From the NCBI GenBank assembly GCA_002633005.1, contig NMRA01000029.1:167707-231706 (forward strand): 64,000 nt of DNA. The letters run 5' to 3'. Source of the DNA: Phoronis australis (lineage: Eukaryota; Animalia; Phoronida). The position numbers were made by a program, and so were the translations under genes. A model generated the notes under the pieces. That model did no database searches and was not told where the DNA came from. It saw only the letters and a program-made list of their open reading frames with translations. This document shows positions 1 through 12,425 of the stretch, piece by piece (position 1 is the first letter of the stretch; the number at the start of each line of letters is the position of its first letter).

Positions 1-330
1 ACAGTGTCTTTTCCCCTCATTTACTTTGCGTTGGAAATTTAATGCCATGATTATGAGGAAAAATATAAATATTTCAATCTCAATACAGTGTGGAAAATAT
101 GTTGCAAACATTTTAAGACTGGTCAGCATGCCAGACAAGACTTAAAATGTTTGCAATATTAGAGAATACTTTAAGTGACAATGAAGTTGCATTTGAATGA
201 TTAAAACTGGATTAATCAATGTTCACATTCGTGTTACATGCTTAGGTTTACACACATTCCAGCAAAGCGTATAGAACTGGTCAAAAGGGCCAACATACAG
301 AGAGGTCAGAGGTCAGAGTGAGCAGCTTAC

Positions 331-1017
331 CCCTGTGTTTCCTAGTTCCACCTTCGCTGACCTCGCTCTCCGAGTCCGTGGTCGTGTCGTCATCTGTTGT
401 ACCGAGATCTGACGACTCCTCAGTCTCCGAGGCGCTGAGCAGCCTCACTTCAGGATTTGACCGGTAAACAGCGAAACTGTCCTTGCTGCGCGATGCCGAC
501 GATGATGGCATCGCCGTTGTCTGCGTTGTGGTTGAGGGATTTGTGTCAGTCACCGAAAGGCTTCGCTTTGCCGTAGGCGTGGGTGCCTCACTGTCCGAAA
601 CTGCCACTGCGCTCGCAGATCGCTTGCGTATTGCCGGACTCCTTGGTGGCTTGGGACTCTTAGGACTTCTCGGACTTTTTGGACTAAGTGCTGCAGCGCT
701 GACACTGCCAGCAGAGGTACAACTGCTGTTGACGCTACTCAGTTCCTTTGTCGTCAAAATGGCGGGGGACGATTCGCTCAGCGCTTGTCCCTGACCTTTT
801 CCCTTAGGAGTCCGCTTTGGGCCACGCTTAATAGGTATACATGGCGAGGAAAGGTGTAGTGGCTTTTTGTCTCCAAAGTTCTTCTTGAACAAGACGGCAG
901 TCCTCCTGCTGACTCCCGATGGTGACGGTGACGGCGTCGAGGTACCGTGTGTGTCACCGGGGTGGGAGTGGGCACTAGACACACTAGCAGTGTCACCAGC
1001 AACATTGGACTCGGTAT
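331..1017 (-). CDS. BRPF1: BRPF1 coding exon 11 (Ser/Thr/Pro-rich; [12 protein letters not shown])
   Basis: CCCAG acceptor, GTAAGC donor, 687 nt open; RRTAVLF motif seen in BRPF proteins. Confidence 0.86.
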
Positions 1018-4000
1018 CTGGGAAATGGCAGAAGGAAAATTACGCCTGGATACATATACTGTTTGCTGAGCCAAACGTCGCAAAAAGCAAAAAATAAAAA
1101 AGCCATTTGTTGAAACGGATGCACATGAACCAAGAATAGACGCAATACAGAAATGTTACTTTTCATGATTTTCCCATTCAGTACAGTGAAATAAAGTTAA
1201 AGAATCGTCGTGAAGTACAAACATTTTCAAACGCACTGAAAAAAGTACCTTGAAAGATGCGGTTAACGATGAATGGTAATGAAAATCAATCACAGTGAGA
1301 AGAAATTTAACATTTTTCGGTGTATTTTTATGGAGGGGTGGTTTACGGTTTTCGTGGACAGCTAAGCACTCGAGAGTTTCTGGTGACACGATCCTAAAAA
1401 CCATATTACAGTAGTAATGCAGTAATGGATCTCTCACCTTTTCCCTGAGATGTTTCTACCTCGTGGCCAGAGTCGGCTGTGCTCTTTAGACGAGGAGGGC
1501 GCCCTCTCTTGGCTGCTTTGGGTGTGGCGGGTGGTGACTTCACAGGTTCTTCGCCCTCCATAGAACTTACGGTGTTCTTCTCCGGAGACTGGCTGCGACT
1601 GCGACACCCTGAGGTCTCTGAGGCAGCAGATGAGGCTGAATAGATCAAATGGCATTGTTAATTCAGAAAAAGTAAACAAAACACCAGAGCAAATTAACAT
1701 TTTCCAGTAATTTAGGAGTTCCTAAGTTCTTTTTTAACCGATTTCTTTATGTTTGACCATAGCTTTGACAAAGACATTGTTATCTGTATTATTTGTTACT
1801 ACTAACATCAGTAGTTCTTCATGCATTTAGTGCGCAACACAGTAAACAAGTTAAGTTTCTCGCCAAAAGAATAAATAACTGTATTTTTAACAGTAGCCTA
1901 GTATGTGTAGCGAATATGTCATACTGTACAACAATACCCAGGGAAAATTCGATTAATGGCAGTACGTTATAGTGAATTTTAGAATTATATTGATCACTGC
2001 TTCAGTGGGTCAGAAATAGTCAACAATAAAATCAAACCATTGACATATTCCGCAAAACAGGATGTCCCAAGATAGTAATTAATATATTACAGCACTTAAT
2101 AAATTCAAAGAACAGAAAAAAGGCAAAAACGTTAAGTGTAATAATTATTCAACAAAAATTATCATACAATATGCTAATTGTTAACTCACTAGCCAAGCTT
2201 CCATCTTCAAGTTCACTAACAGGAAGCTCATTTTTGATGGCCAGTTGCCTTCGTACTTTGACAATCTCCTTCCGTATCTGTTTGACAAGCTTGGGACGTT
2301 TACCTACAAGGAAAAGTGGATACAAACACTATAACACCAACACCATGGTCATTAAGATCACACCAGACCACAGAAAATCACACAAATGAAAAGCGACCGC
2401 TTTGTGCTTAAGCTCGAGACCTCATTAGAGTATACTGTCTACCAAAATGGCCGCCACTGAAGCGATTCGTCAGTGAGTGAACTATGGGTGAGAATTAAAA
2501 ATGCCCGATCCATAAGCGCAGGTTTCTAGTTGCTAATCTTACCAATGTATTGTGTTGCAAAACCCACGCTTGCATTACTACACAATCAACTGGACACAAA
2601 TGACACTGTTGAGAAGTGTGAGAACAGCACAGCATTTGCTCAGAAAAATGTTACTGTGTTAACTTGGACAGTCTTCTGTCACTCACACCAAAGGAAACTG
2701 AACTGCAGCAAAACGTATGATAACTCAAGTGTTCCACATATAGATGCACATATCAATTTCCGGACACTGACGCAGTATCAAGACCAGTCGCTTGGACACG
2801 AATATGCTCTTATACATTAGATGATTAGTAAAACCATCTCCGCTCCGTCATCACCTGGTCTCATTGCGTTGGCCATGTCCATTCTGTCGAGAAGTATCTT
2901 GAGTTGCTCTTCCAGGGGCAGGGTGTCCCTTACATGCAGTAGATCCTCCACTGGAACAGAGGGGACACAGTCGTTTTAAAGAATATCACACAAAAGTAAA
3001 ACACCAACCAGAGGGCGACTTCAAACTAACAACACCTAGGTCCGACTAGGTGGATTTGAAAAAACACGCTTTTTGTTTAATATTTATAGGCAAATTTCAA
3101 AATTTTACATGCCATTTGTGGTCTGAGTAAACATTCTGTTTAGCAGCCAAGAAAAATAAATGTTTTCAAGCACTACAAACGCCCAGTGATGCCTGCACCT
3201 AAACAGCCAGAGACGTACCCCTACCAAAATGACCTGTCACTCTAACTGCTCTAGTTGTGAATTTCACTTTTATGAAGATGTTACAACGGAGAATCGCACA
3301 TTTGCCCAGTCGCCATGACAGAGAATTCCGTCAGTGGTCAATTGTCAAGATGGGGAATTCCAGGTGATGTATTATAATTACTTTCGTATGTACCATACTT
3401 ACCGTTCTCAATGATGATTGGCTCCCTATTGGGTAGGATGGGTCGCTCGTCAAGATGAAGGCCAGTCTGGGGGTCAAACCCAACCTCCTCCATGGTACGA
3501 CGGGCTGCCCTGAGCACAGCTCCTCCCTGTGGCAATATCAGGAGATAAAAAGGTGAGAAAATAGTTTCGAAAAGATGTCACACAATAGGTTCCATGGTAC
3601 GCTCGTTATTCAAACAAGCGCTACATTTAAGACCACAACCAAACCTATTGAACTGATAATTGAAGGCTGTCCATATCAAACCCTGATAGCACACAATACT
3701 TAGGCACTTCACAAGACCACAAGGCATCTAGCTAGTCCAAACATTAATCAGCCGCTAGCAGAGACATTGAGCTAAACCAAAATCACAAATTATAAACTAT
3801 AACAATCCAAGTTAGTCATGACAAGTCACAATTAACTTAATATTTCATCCTCTCTCTCATTAAATGAAAATCTACAAAAAGACCAAAACAGTGCGTTTAG
3901 TTTGGGGCTGCAAAAGTTCCTGCAAGAATTTCCCGAATTTCACACTTCCCACCCTTTTTTAGCTTTAGATTTCCATGAGGGCAAGACTGACTTAAAACCT

Positions 4001-7000
4001 GCTAAACAACTGAGTATTGCACAAAAACATTCCCTGAGCTTGGTCATAGTAGTAGACAAATGCAAGTACTTGGATACTAGAGCTTGGATACAGTGTAAGA
4101 GTGATTTTCAAGGGTGTGCCCACATTTCATACCCACCTGATCCCTCAACTTGACGCCATGCCTGTAGTAGACCGTGTCCTTGGCATTGTACGTCATACAG
4201 TTCTTGACGATCAGATTGAAGTCACCCTCAAACTCGTCGATGTTCCGGTACTCGTGGCCCTCCAGCTTTTTCCGCATCGTCGTGAAGTCCATTGGACGCT
4301 CGATGAACTTGTAGTAGTCGGGCACCTGTTGGACGCAACAAGAAGCATGTGACTTTGAACCACCACTGTATGGTACCACCGCCGTATGGGACGACAACAG
4401 TGTATAACAGATACACGGCAAGGTGTGATGAAGGCTCACAGTATAGCAGACAAATGCAAATTTTTTTGTCAGATTTCGCAAAACGAATAATGAACATGAA
4501 ATTTATTACTTGTCTTGTAGCAAAAAAAAATCAGAAATGCCGACACCAATTTTTTAGTGCTTAAAACAGCAAGAGTTTCAGTATCCAGCCAATAAACAAA
4601 ATGGGCACTTTGTGTGGCATTACAGGAAGAGTGCATCAGTATTTATATACTTTAAGTCTTCTAAACCTTACTCTAAATGACAAAAAAAACTTTCCTCGAT
4701 TTCCAAGCCTAAAAAAACTATTTATCCTATGATTAATATCAACATCAAAATATCATAATTTTACTACATTTCCAAATAAATTACACAAAGGATGGCAAAT
4801 ACACACGTCCTTTCATAGAGCCTTTTATGAATAACTGAACAGTGCCAACAGACAATCAAATAAACGCCATTTCAAAGATCTACCTCATCACGGTCCACCG
4901 GCTCAGCAAAGATACTGCCTGTGTCCTTCTCCTGAATCTGATCCAGTGTATTACGAAGGAGGATCAGGAACGGGGTCAACCTGAGGTCAGTTGCCAGCTG
5001 ATGTAGCCTCATCTATACCACAAAATGTTGAGTATCAGAAAAGACAACAAAGAGAAGCGGGATAAAATTTTGTATGTGAGCAAATTCCAGCAGAACAAAG
5101 AGTTTAAACACTTATAATGTTCATTTTATCAAATCTAAGTGAAAGACGAGAAGAGCAATAAAGTGGCTGAAAACAACTTTTACAAGAATGAGGCACCAAC
5201 CTGTTCTCGCTTTAACTTCTCTCGTTTGCGTATCAACTCCACAAGGAGGCGTGCCTTCTCTAGATCTTGCCTGAGCCGCTGCCAATATTTCAGCTGCGTG
5301 CGAAGGGCATTGCTCTGCTTGTCATTTTTGTTCTGAGAGAGAGACGGACACAATTGTGACTCCGTGGTTCATTCAGAAAAGTGTAAACACAATTCAAGGA
5401 CACCATCATCATAGTTTCAAACTCCGCAATAATGATGGTGCCAACAAGTACATTTACATAAACTGTTTTCAACAAAAACAATCAATGCATCATATCAGGG
5501 ACACAAGACTGCTGGAGGGGTCAACTGAACTGCTGGACAGGTTCCATCAAGTACCCTCCAAACAAAGCATTGACAAAAAACAGGCCCAGTTGGCTGTAGA
5601 GTTGTGATGCATACACTATGTCCAGTTTCTCACCAAGTCAGAAACAACACAAAAATAATGTGTGAATCAGGAATTAAGACATCACATTGAAGTTTTCACT
5701 ATAAAACAGAGAGGACACCAGACAACTGCTAAGACACAGCTACACAAAGCACTACCAACCTGCTCGCGACTCCTCGACATGTGGTTGGACTGCAGTCGCC
5801 GCAACAGTGGCACGCCATTCCTCGACTGTCGCTTGAGGGTCCAGAAGCCCTGGAGGCGAGCAAGGAACTGGTTCTTTTTGGCAAGGTTCACGGTGCTGGC
5901 AATCTTTTGAAGACTGAAACATGCCAGATGTTTTTGAAAACACTTCGCATGTTTACATAGCTAGTACTTGTACATCATACTGGAATATCTAGGACATCAC
6001 AGTCTAGGCAAACAAAATTCACAAACAATGTGCAAAAATGCAGCAAATAGTACAATGGTCTGAAGGCCTTAAAAGTAGTCTTGGATTGCATGACGTCACA
6101 AGTAAAGTGTCTGATTACTGAACATGTTTTGGTCAGCTGTAGTATTTTATTTAATGTAAAGGAATTTATCTTTCACAGACACACCTTCCCACTAAGTACT
6201 TTTTAAATTTTTAACCTTGTGATGATACCTTTAAGGCATTGGTCCCGGGACTAAGTCGTGGTCAATTAGTTAGTTAGACTATGCCTCAAGAGAATTATGG
6301 TTTAACTAAAAAAGTTGCCAGCTTGTCTTGGGTCAATGTACGGTTCCAGTCACTATCTCCGTAAATTGAGGCTCTGAACCAATGTGTTTCAAAAGGTCAC
6401 TGTGAAACATAACTTCAACCAGTGTTTAGAAACTACAGCACAATACAAAACTAATCAGACAAAATACCATCTCCCCGTCACGACGGCCAACTTTGTTAAC
6501 AGCAATAACTACAATTGCAAAATGGCTTTAATAGGCATTTACTAACTTTCCTGTCAATTGACCTTCACTCTGATGGTGGATTTAGCCAAGCCGTCATGAT
6601 GGGGATTCTGAGTGATTTTGTTGGAATACTTTTGGCTTGCACTGTGTCAAGAATGCAATGAACTCAGCCCCTGCCTGTGCAAGCATTCAGGCAAAGCTTT
6701 GCAACTCACGTTTTAGGAGGTATAATTGGTATGGACACGACGGGCATGGCGTTTCGCTTCTCCGCCAAGATCTTACGCGCCTTCCTCATCTTTTGCCGAG
6801 ACTTCGCCTTCTTCGCCGACAGCGTCTGTTCTTCGTCTTCATTGTTCTGGGTTAGACAAGGCTTGCAATCTGAATCAGCCGGGGTGTGCACATCGCAGAA
6901 CGCTGTCTTCCGAACACTGGCACCACCTGGGCTTTGTGGCCCGTCCTTGATTGGCTCTATCTTCATGAACAGGCCCGCCTGCTGGGCGCACGTCACGTGA

Positions 7001-9079
7001 AACGCCGTGTAACAGTTGGTTTTATGGCACTGGATGCAGGCGCCTGTGCCTCGCTGCTTGCAGATGTAGCATGTCAGCTTCCAACGTGCCGACGGAATGT
7101 GCTGGAGGCTGTCGATTGGCTCTAGGAATACAGTGTTGGCGAACCCTACCTCTGGGATCCACAGCGCGCAGACGACATGCGCCCACCTTCCGTCATCCGT
7201 CTGCTTGAAGGCACCACCCTTGTTGGGACACAGACAACAGTCGACTGCACGTGACGGCGACTGCAGACATCGCCGACACAGCCACTGTCCCTCGGGGATG
7301 TACGGTACACCGTAGCACTCCTGGTGCACGGCCAAGTTACACATGTCACAGAACAGTATCACATTACTGTTCTGACACTCACCGTCCATACATATGGCAC
7401 AGACAGCGTCCTCATCGATAGATGGGCCCTGTTCACGGCCAGTTGTCTGACTCTGGAAGAATGCCTCCTTTTCAAACCGGTCCATGAGCATCTCGAAGAC
7501 TTCGTGAGTAATCTCTGACTGGTTGTCCTTTCTGCGCTGTTCATTTATCAATTCCACCCAAGCATAGTCCTACGTGAAGAGCGAGTGAACATTCAGTAGT
7601 TAAAAAGTATAGTTGTACATCACAAACTCAAGGCAAAAAGCAACTAAATCTTTTGAAACTTGGCTGGAATTTCTGTGATTTCATTTTACTTTGAAAACTA
7701 CCACCAGTTTATAAGCTGCTGACTATACACAACAAATGCCATAGGAACTAATCCAGGATTTGAAAAGTGGGGGTCCAAATTCAAAAGACTGACACTAGAC
7801 ACATACGACAGCTTCAGATCTCGTTTGGCAACCTGGGATTTTCAGTTTTGGCGTCCCCAGATTTCGTTTGGCGATCTCAGATATTTGCCAGGTCGTCAAA
7901 AGTTTGCCAGGTTGCCAAATACGACTTGGCGTTAAGCTAAGCACTGAGCACTGTCAATGTCTCAACAAGTAAATTTAAAGAGTACCTATTCAAAGATTAG
8001 TGTTCATACACAATTTACATGAAATCTAGTATGGGCTGTGTGGAAAGGCAGATGATGGTCTCCCACCACCCTCAATCACCTGAGGAAAAACCTGTCTGTG
8101 CCTTCCGAGAAGGGAATTTTTGGGGTGGAGGGCAAATTCTACCTCTCAATCTCCATCAATAGCACACCCACCCCTGTTGCAAACCCTCATACGCTCTGCC
8201 TCAATAGCCAAAACTAACATTTTGCAACCATTCAAATTGTCACCAGTGTGAGTTGCAAGTGATATGAGCCTCGAGTGGAATTTTTCAATCGCCTGAGAGA
8301 AATTTTCGGGCCTCATGAGGGTAATTTCACGTGATTTTTCAATATTTCACATAGGGGAATGAGGCCGAAGTTCAGAAACAAAATCGAGGGATTGAGGGCC
8401 CTGTTGCCTGTGCTATTACTGTTACCTCTTCATCCATATCATACTCCACTTCCTCATCAAGCTCTTCTGTAGACTTTTCAATGTAGCGGAAGTATGCTAC
8501 CGGTCGCTCCGGAGCCAACTCCATCTCACTCGAACTGTCTATCACTTTGAATGAGGCCTCGGGCAGCTTTGGTAAGTTTAGCACGGTGGTCTCCTTGCGC
8601 GCCTTCGTTACATCCTTCGCAGCTTTCTGTGGGGACCGTGGATTGTATGGCGACATGGGCTTATAGTCCTCCTTGATAGAGTTCTCGCAGTTGTCCACCT
8701 CATCCTGTACAATCACCTCCATGGGTTCGTAGATGTTGATGCGGTGGCAACGGCCATCCAGATCTACCTCCACCAATCTCTGCGCCTCGGCGTACGTGAG
8801 CGTCTCTCTCGCTGGCGGACGCAAGAATTCTGGGGGCGTCGGCGACCTGCGCAGGCTACGGTGATGCCATCGACCTCTCTTTCGTCCCGGCTTCTTAACC
8901 GGGGTCGGGGTATTGCTCTCCGGGTTGCTGTGGTCAAAGTTGTACAGGTGGAACTGGATACCACAGTAACTCTTGTAAACTTTGCCACAGCCATCCACTG
9001 GGCACTCATACGGAGGTTTTGTCGCTTTCAATCCTTGACAATAGTCCCTCACGTCGAAATTTATCTTGGACGAGTACAT
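331..9079 (-). CDS. BRPF1: Peregrin / bromodomain and PHD finger-containing protein (BRPF family), 3'-partial; 11 coding exons in window
   Basis: Exons 9079-8426, 7569-6710, 5913-5760, 5332-5201, 5012-4884, 4325-4137, 3526-3403, 2950-2855, 2303-2190, 1635-1438, 1017-331. All GT-AG with compatible phases. C2H2 finger, [14 protein letters not shown] ([31 protein letters not shown]), Zn knuckle-PHD2, bromodomain ([27 protein letters not shown]). PWWP expected beyond left edge. Confidence 0.96.
1438..1635 (-). CDS. BRPF1: BRPF1 coding exon 10 (low complexity, AT-hook-like KRGRPPR)
   Basis: TTCAG acceptor, AAG|GTGAGA donor, open in phase 1-1. Confidence 0.82.
2190..2303 (-). CDS. BRPF1: BRPF1 coding exon 9
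   Basis: [21 protein letters not shown]; donor GTGAGT. Confidence 0.86.
2855..2950 (-). CDS. BRPF1: BRPF1 coding exon 8
   Basis: [31 protein letters not shown]; phase 1-1. Confidence 0.88.
3403..3526 (-). CDS. BRPF1: BRPF1 coding exon 7
   Basis: [25 protein letters not shown]; donor GTAAGT. Confidence 0.92.
4137..4325 (-). CDS. BRPF1: BRPF1 coding exon 6 (bromodomain)
   Basis: [14 protein letters not shown]...[22 protein letters not shown]. Confidence 0.94.
4884..5012 (-). CDS. BRPF1: BRPF1 coding exon 5 (bromodomain start)
   Basis: [43 protein letters not shown]. Confidence 0.92.
5201..5332 (-). CDS. BRPF1: BRPF1 coding exon 4
   Basis: [31 protein letters not shown]. Confidence 0.93.
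5760..5913 (-). CDS. BRPF1: BRPF1 coding exon 3
   Basis: LQKIAS...[20 protein letters not shown]...REQ; splice sites in phase. Confidence 0.92.
6710..7569 (-). CDS. BRPF1: BRPF1 coding exon 2 (PZP module)
   Basis: TAG|[11 protein letters not shown]...PHD-Zn knuckle-PHD...IPPK|GTGAGT. Confidence 0.95.
8075..8403. mobile_element. Non-autonomous DNA element (CAGGG/CCCTG-type ends); related copies at 35729-35915 (inverted) and 55410-55566
   Basis: Shared blocks CTGTGCCTTCCGAGAAGGGAATTTT and GCCTCATGAGGGTAATTT; ends in GGGCCCTG. Confidence 0.55.
8426..9079 (-). CDS. BRPF1: BRPF1 coding exon 1 (ATG, C2H2 finger, EPC-like region)
   Basis: [27 protein letters not shown]...[10 protein letters not shown]; donor GAG|GTAAC; acceptor TTTCAG gives exon start 9106. 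Confidence 0.92.
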
Positions 9080-9456
9080 GACGCTTTCCTGGAATTTGTA
9101 ATCGTTCTGAAATGACACATTAATTTTTGAAAGCATCTTATATCAAAGCACTAAAATGACCAAGACTTGGGAGCACTTGCATAAATAACAAATTTGGAAC
9201 AAGCAAACAGATCATATATCCATTATTCATATCATTAGTACAGCAAATCTAGCATAAATTGTATAGCATGGCATATTGGCCAAAACATAAAATTTTCTGC
9301 AATAGGAATTTAAGCTCTGCCATTGCCTAGACTCGAATCATTTAAGTTAAAGGCAGTTTTGGCCAATAGCTGAGTTTCTTAAGCCAAATAACCAGTTAAT
9401 TAGCACACACACTCACAGGAAGTGACATCAAACAAAATCTTTTCAGTGGGATACAA

Positions 9457-9568
9457 GCCTCCCATTCAGTAACGCTAGGACCTCGTGTATTTTAAATGAG
9501 ATCATGTGACTTTGGCTAGATTTTAACTGGGACATAGCGTAACGTCCTAGCGTTGCTGAATGCATGCC
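9457..9568 (-). mobile_element. Hairpin MITE, family A copy 1 (TTCAGTAACGCTAGGAC inverted repeats)
   Basis: ATTCAGTAACGCTAGGAC...GTCCTAGCGTTGCTGAAT; homologous to 11123-11289 and 47141-47293. Confidence 0.7.
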
Positions 9569-10511
9569 AGGTCTAGACCCTTACCTTATTGCCAAATAAC
9601 TCAATGGGAAACAAAGAGTTAAAATACATGGCAATACCCGAAAATGACATAATGGGATATCTGAATAGAAAAACCGGCAAACTTTGCAAATGACTGTCAG
9701 AATATATCCCGACATCGCCCATAAGGACCTATTTCAGTATGGTCGTTTCAGTTCGTGTACTTTAAACAAATTTAACTTTGTATTATTTCTTCTCAACTAA
9801 CTGGGTAAGACCATAAAATCCAGTGCCCGAGATCTTAAAATCAATCCACCGTTTGGTCCAAAAATATTGCTATGACTTTTCAACATCGCGTATTGAATTC
9901 TCAAGCTAGACATAAACATTAGCCACCATGCCATGTATTTGATAATAATGGCGCTGCTAAGAATAAAGGTAAGTCACAGGAATTAAATACAGGAGCAGCA
10001 CGGTTGTCAGCTCATGTCATGAGTAAGTGAAAAAGTCGAGAATCGCTATAGTGGTTTATATCTTTCACTTTGAGTGAATTGGTACAACACAGCTTCCACG
10101 GCAGTACTCCAAAGGTATAAATATGACCAAGGCTGAGATCCGTAGGCTATTCAGAGTACACTTCACTTTCTTGACTCGAGTCAATTGTGTAAAGCTAGTG
10201 AAATCAACAGTACTCTCGCAAAGCATGACATTTGTCAAAGAGTTGCATGACCATGCATTTTCCCAACATTCTTGCCTATACGGATCTCAGCCCAGCTATG
10301 TCTGCACTGTCCTTTGTTCATTTAATTAGAAATCAACAAGTCACTTGATTATCAATATCAGCAACTGAATTGAACGTTGTTCAGAATGAAATTCATTGTT
10401 TATTTCGAACTTTAAAGCAAGTTTAAGCAAGGCAGAAACATTTAACAAACTGTTTCACAATCTCCTAAATGGTGGATTTTTAGTCGTAAATTACAGCCAT
10501 GGTTAACTTAC

Positions 10512-10625
10512 CTGCAGAACAAGGAACTCGTCAACGATCGATTTTTATTCATTGAAGAATGGGATCTGGATCAGAACGTTCATGAATAAGCGCGTCGGTT
10601 GACAAAGACAGAACGCGTCACTCAG
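10512..10625 (-). other. BRPF1: Probable non-coding first exon of BRPF1
   Basis: Consensus donor CAG|GTAAGT at 10512/10511 next to a CpG-rich stretch; upstream boundary approximate. Confidence 0.55.
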
Positions 10626-10870
10626 AGGAGCATGGGTAATGTACAGTAATTAGTAAAACGCATTCTGCAATACGTTATTAAACGATGCACATAACTTCAG
10701 GAAACAAAAATGCGGGTACTATTTGCAAAAGTGAAGCGGCAACCCAAGCGTTGCGGCGGCCACGGCTTTTTAGTTCGGCCGGAGCATGCGCGTTGAAATT
10801 GCCGGAAAAACAGCGCCACCTTCAGTGTGAAATGAATGTATACGCGTTGTACTATCGTACGTGAACATGG
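10625..10870 (-). promoter_or_regulatory. Candidate BRPF1 promoter
   Basis: CpG-rich; NRF1-like GAGCATGCGC, ETS-like CCGGAA, CTCF-like CAGCGCCACCT at 10811. Confidence 0.45.
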
Positions 10871-11122
10871 AATCTTGAGTGAAATTTGAATAAATTTCTA
10901 TTCCAAGTTCACGCACGTGATCTTGAGAATGAGCAAGCATTTGTGACAACTAGTGAATAAGTTTAAGTAAATTTTCGAATGGTGGTCATGACTTTGTTTG
11001 TCGTGAGTTATTGTTTCTGTGGCAATAGTCTAAACTTGCTGATTTCACTACCCGTTGCGGCAAACTACAACAGCCGATTTCATAAAGGTGGTTTAAGAAA
11101 ACGACGCTTAAGACTTAAACCA

Positions 11123-11289
11123 GGCGTGCGTTCAGTAGACGCTAGGACCTACGCTAGGACCTACGCTAGGACCTAGCTAAAACCTAGTCAAAGTCACGTG
11201 TACTCCGATTTGAAATGCACGGTAATATCTCACGTAATCTCGCGAAGTCTTGCTTTTTAGCGAGGTCCTAGCGTTACTGAACGGGAGAC
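11123..11289 (+). mobile_element. Hairpin MITE, family A copy 2, with (ACGCTAGGACCT)x3
   Basis: Inverted ends CGTTCAGTAGACGCTAGGACCT...AGGTCCTAGCGTTACTGAACG; near-identical to 47141-47293. Confidence 0.75.
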
Positions 11290-11306
11290 TGGTCTTCCTA
11301 AACCGG

Positions 11307-11702
11307 GGCCCGGTCTCTAATCTTTGTACTCGAAACGAACTCGAAACTATTTTTGGCAATTTCTCTGCTCCTTTTGTGCGAACTTAAGATAATTGGTTAT
11401 CAGACTGTGCTCGAATACATTGTAGTTTATGCATAGGAGTTTCTAGTTCAAGTTTGCCCTTGACGACCCTTATGGCTACAAACTCGAGTAAAAACTCGAA
11501 ATTTCGAGTTCAAACTCGAACTTATTGCTTTAATATTGGGTTTACAAACTTTGAACTAGGGGCAATAAATTATCTACGTAAGTTATTGTGTACTCGAGCA
11601 TAGAATAATAGACACTTATCTTGAGTTCGCCAAAAGTAGTAGAAAATGCCAAACCCCCTAATTTCGAGTTCCATTTCGAGAAAAAAGATTGGAGACCGGG
11701 CC
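11307..11702. mobile_element. ~400-bp MITE, Harbinger-like
   Basis: TIR GGCCCGGTCTCTAATCTTT / AAAGATTGGAGACCGGGCC; internal AACTCGAA/TTCGAGTT repeats; flanks CGG/CTG. Confidence 0.75.
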
Positions 11703-12256
11703 CTGGTTTAATTTTAGACCTAACTTGCATTTCACCAACGTGGTTTAAAAGTCTGAGAGCCTGGTTTTGTTAGACCATGAAGCGGGTGTAGAAACTTTCC
11801 AGGCCACCGTGTTGATCCGGATTAACTCAACAAAGAAACTGTTGAAGTGCTTCAATGAAACCTCACGTGAGTACACAATGGCAAACAGCAGTAGAATCAG
11901 TGCAGACACTTGCGAAAAAGGCTAAAAGCTTTTCTCATGAGGAAAAATGTTCTCTCCCATAACTGATCAGAGAAAAAGCAAGAAAGTGGTGCCATGCAAA
12001 TGTGAAGTCAACGTAAGCAGTAGCCATGTCTTGGGGAGATAGTTATCCAGAATAAAAGCCTCATCAGTGAAAAAATTGCAAAGAAAAACAGCGAGGGACC
12101 TAATGGCAGATCTAGGATATCATGAGGAGATATTATTTTCAGTTTTGTATCGTCTGTGTCCAACACAATTACACCCAAAGACGCAGCATAGTAAATGCAC
12201 ACGTTTATTTCTGTGTCCGACACGTCATTTTACTTTTTTGCGGCCAAAGGGGGGCA

Positions 12257-12425
12257 CAGGAGCGGATCCAGGATTTTGAGTTAGGGGGGCTAGGGCAGAA
12301 TATTAGCCAGGATTTTACCCGTCAGACATTCACACCCCGCCGGGCCAGAACTGCCAAATGGAATATCTGGAAGAATTTTAGGATGGCCATGGCCCCCTTC
12401 GGGTCCCCCTCTAAATCCACCACTG
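12257..12425 (+). mobile_element. MITE family B (CAG..GCGGAT termini), 5-bp TSD GGGCA
   Basis: CAGGAGCGGATCC...AAATCCACCACTG flanked by GGGCA on both sides; homologs at 12784-13093 and 46494-46649. Confidence 0.75.

Noticed and set aside
483-794. Hydrophobic + strand ORF and other antisense ORFs over BRPF1 exons
   Set aside because: Shadow frames of GC-rich coding exons.
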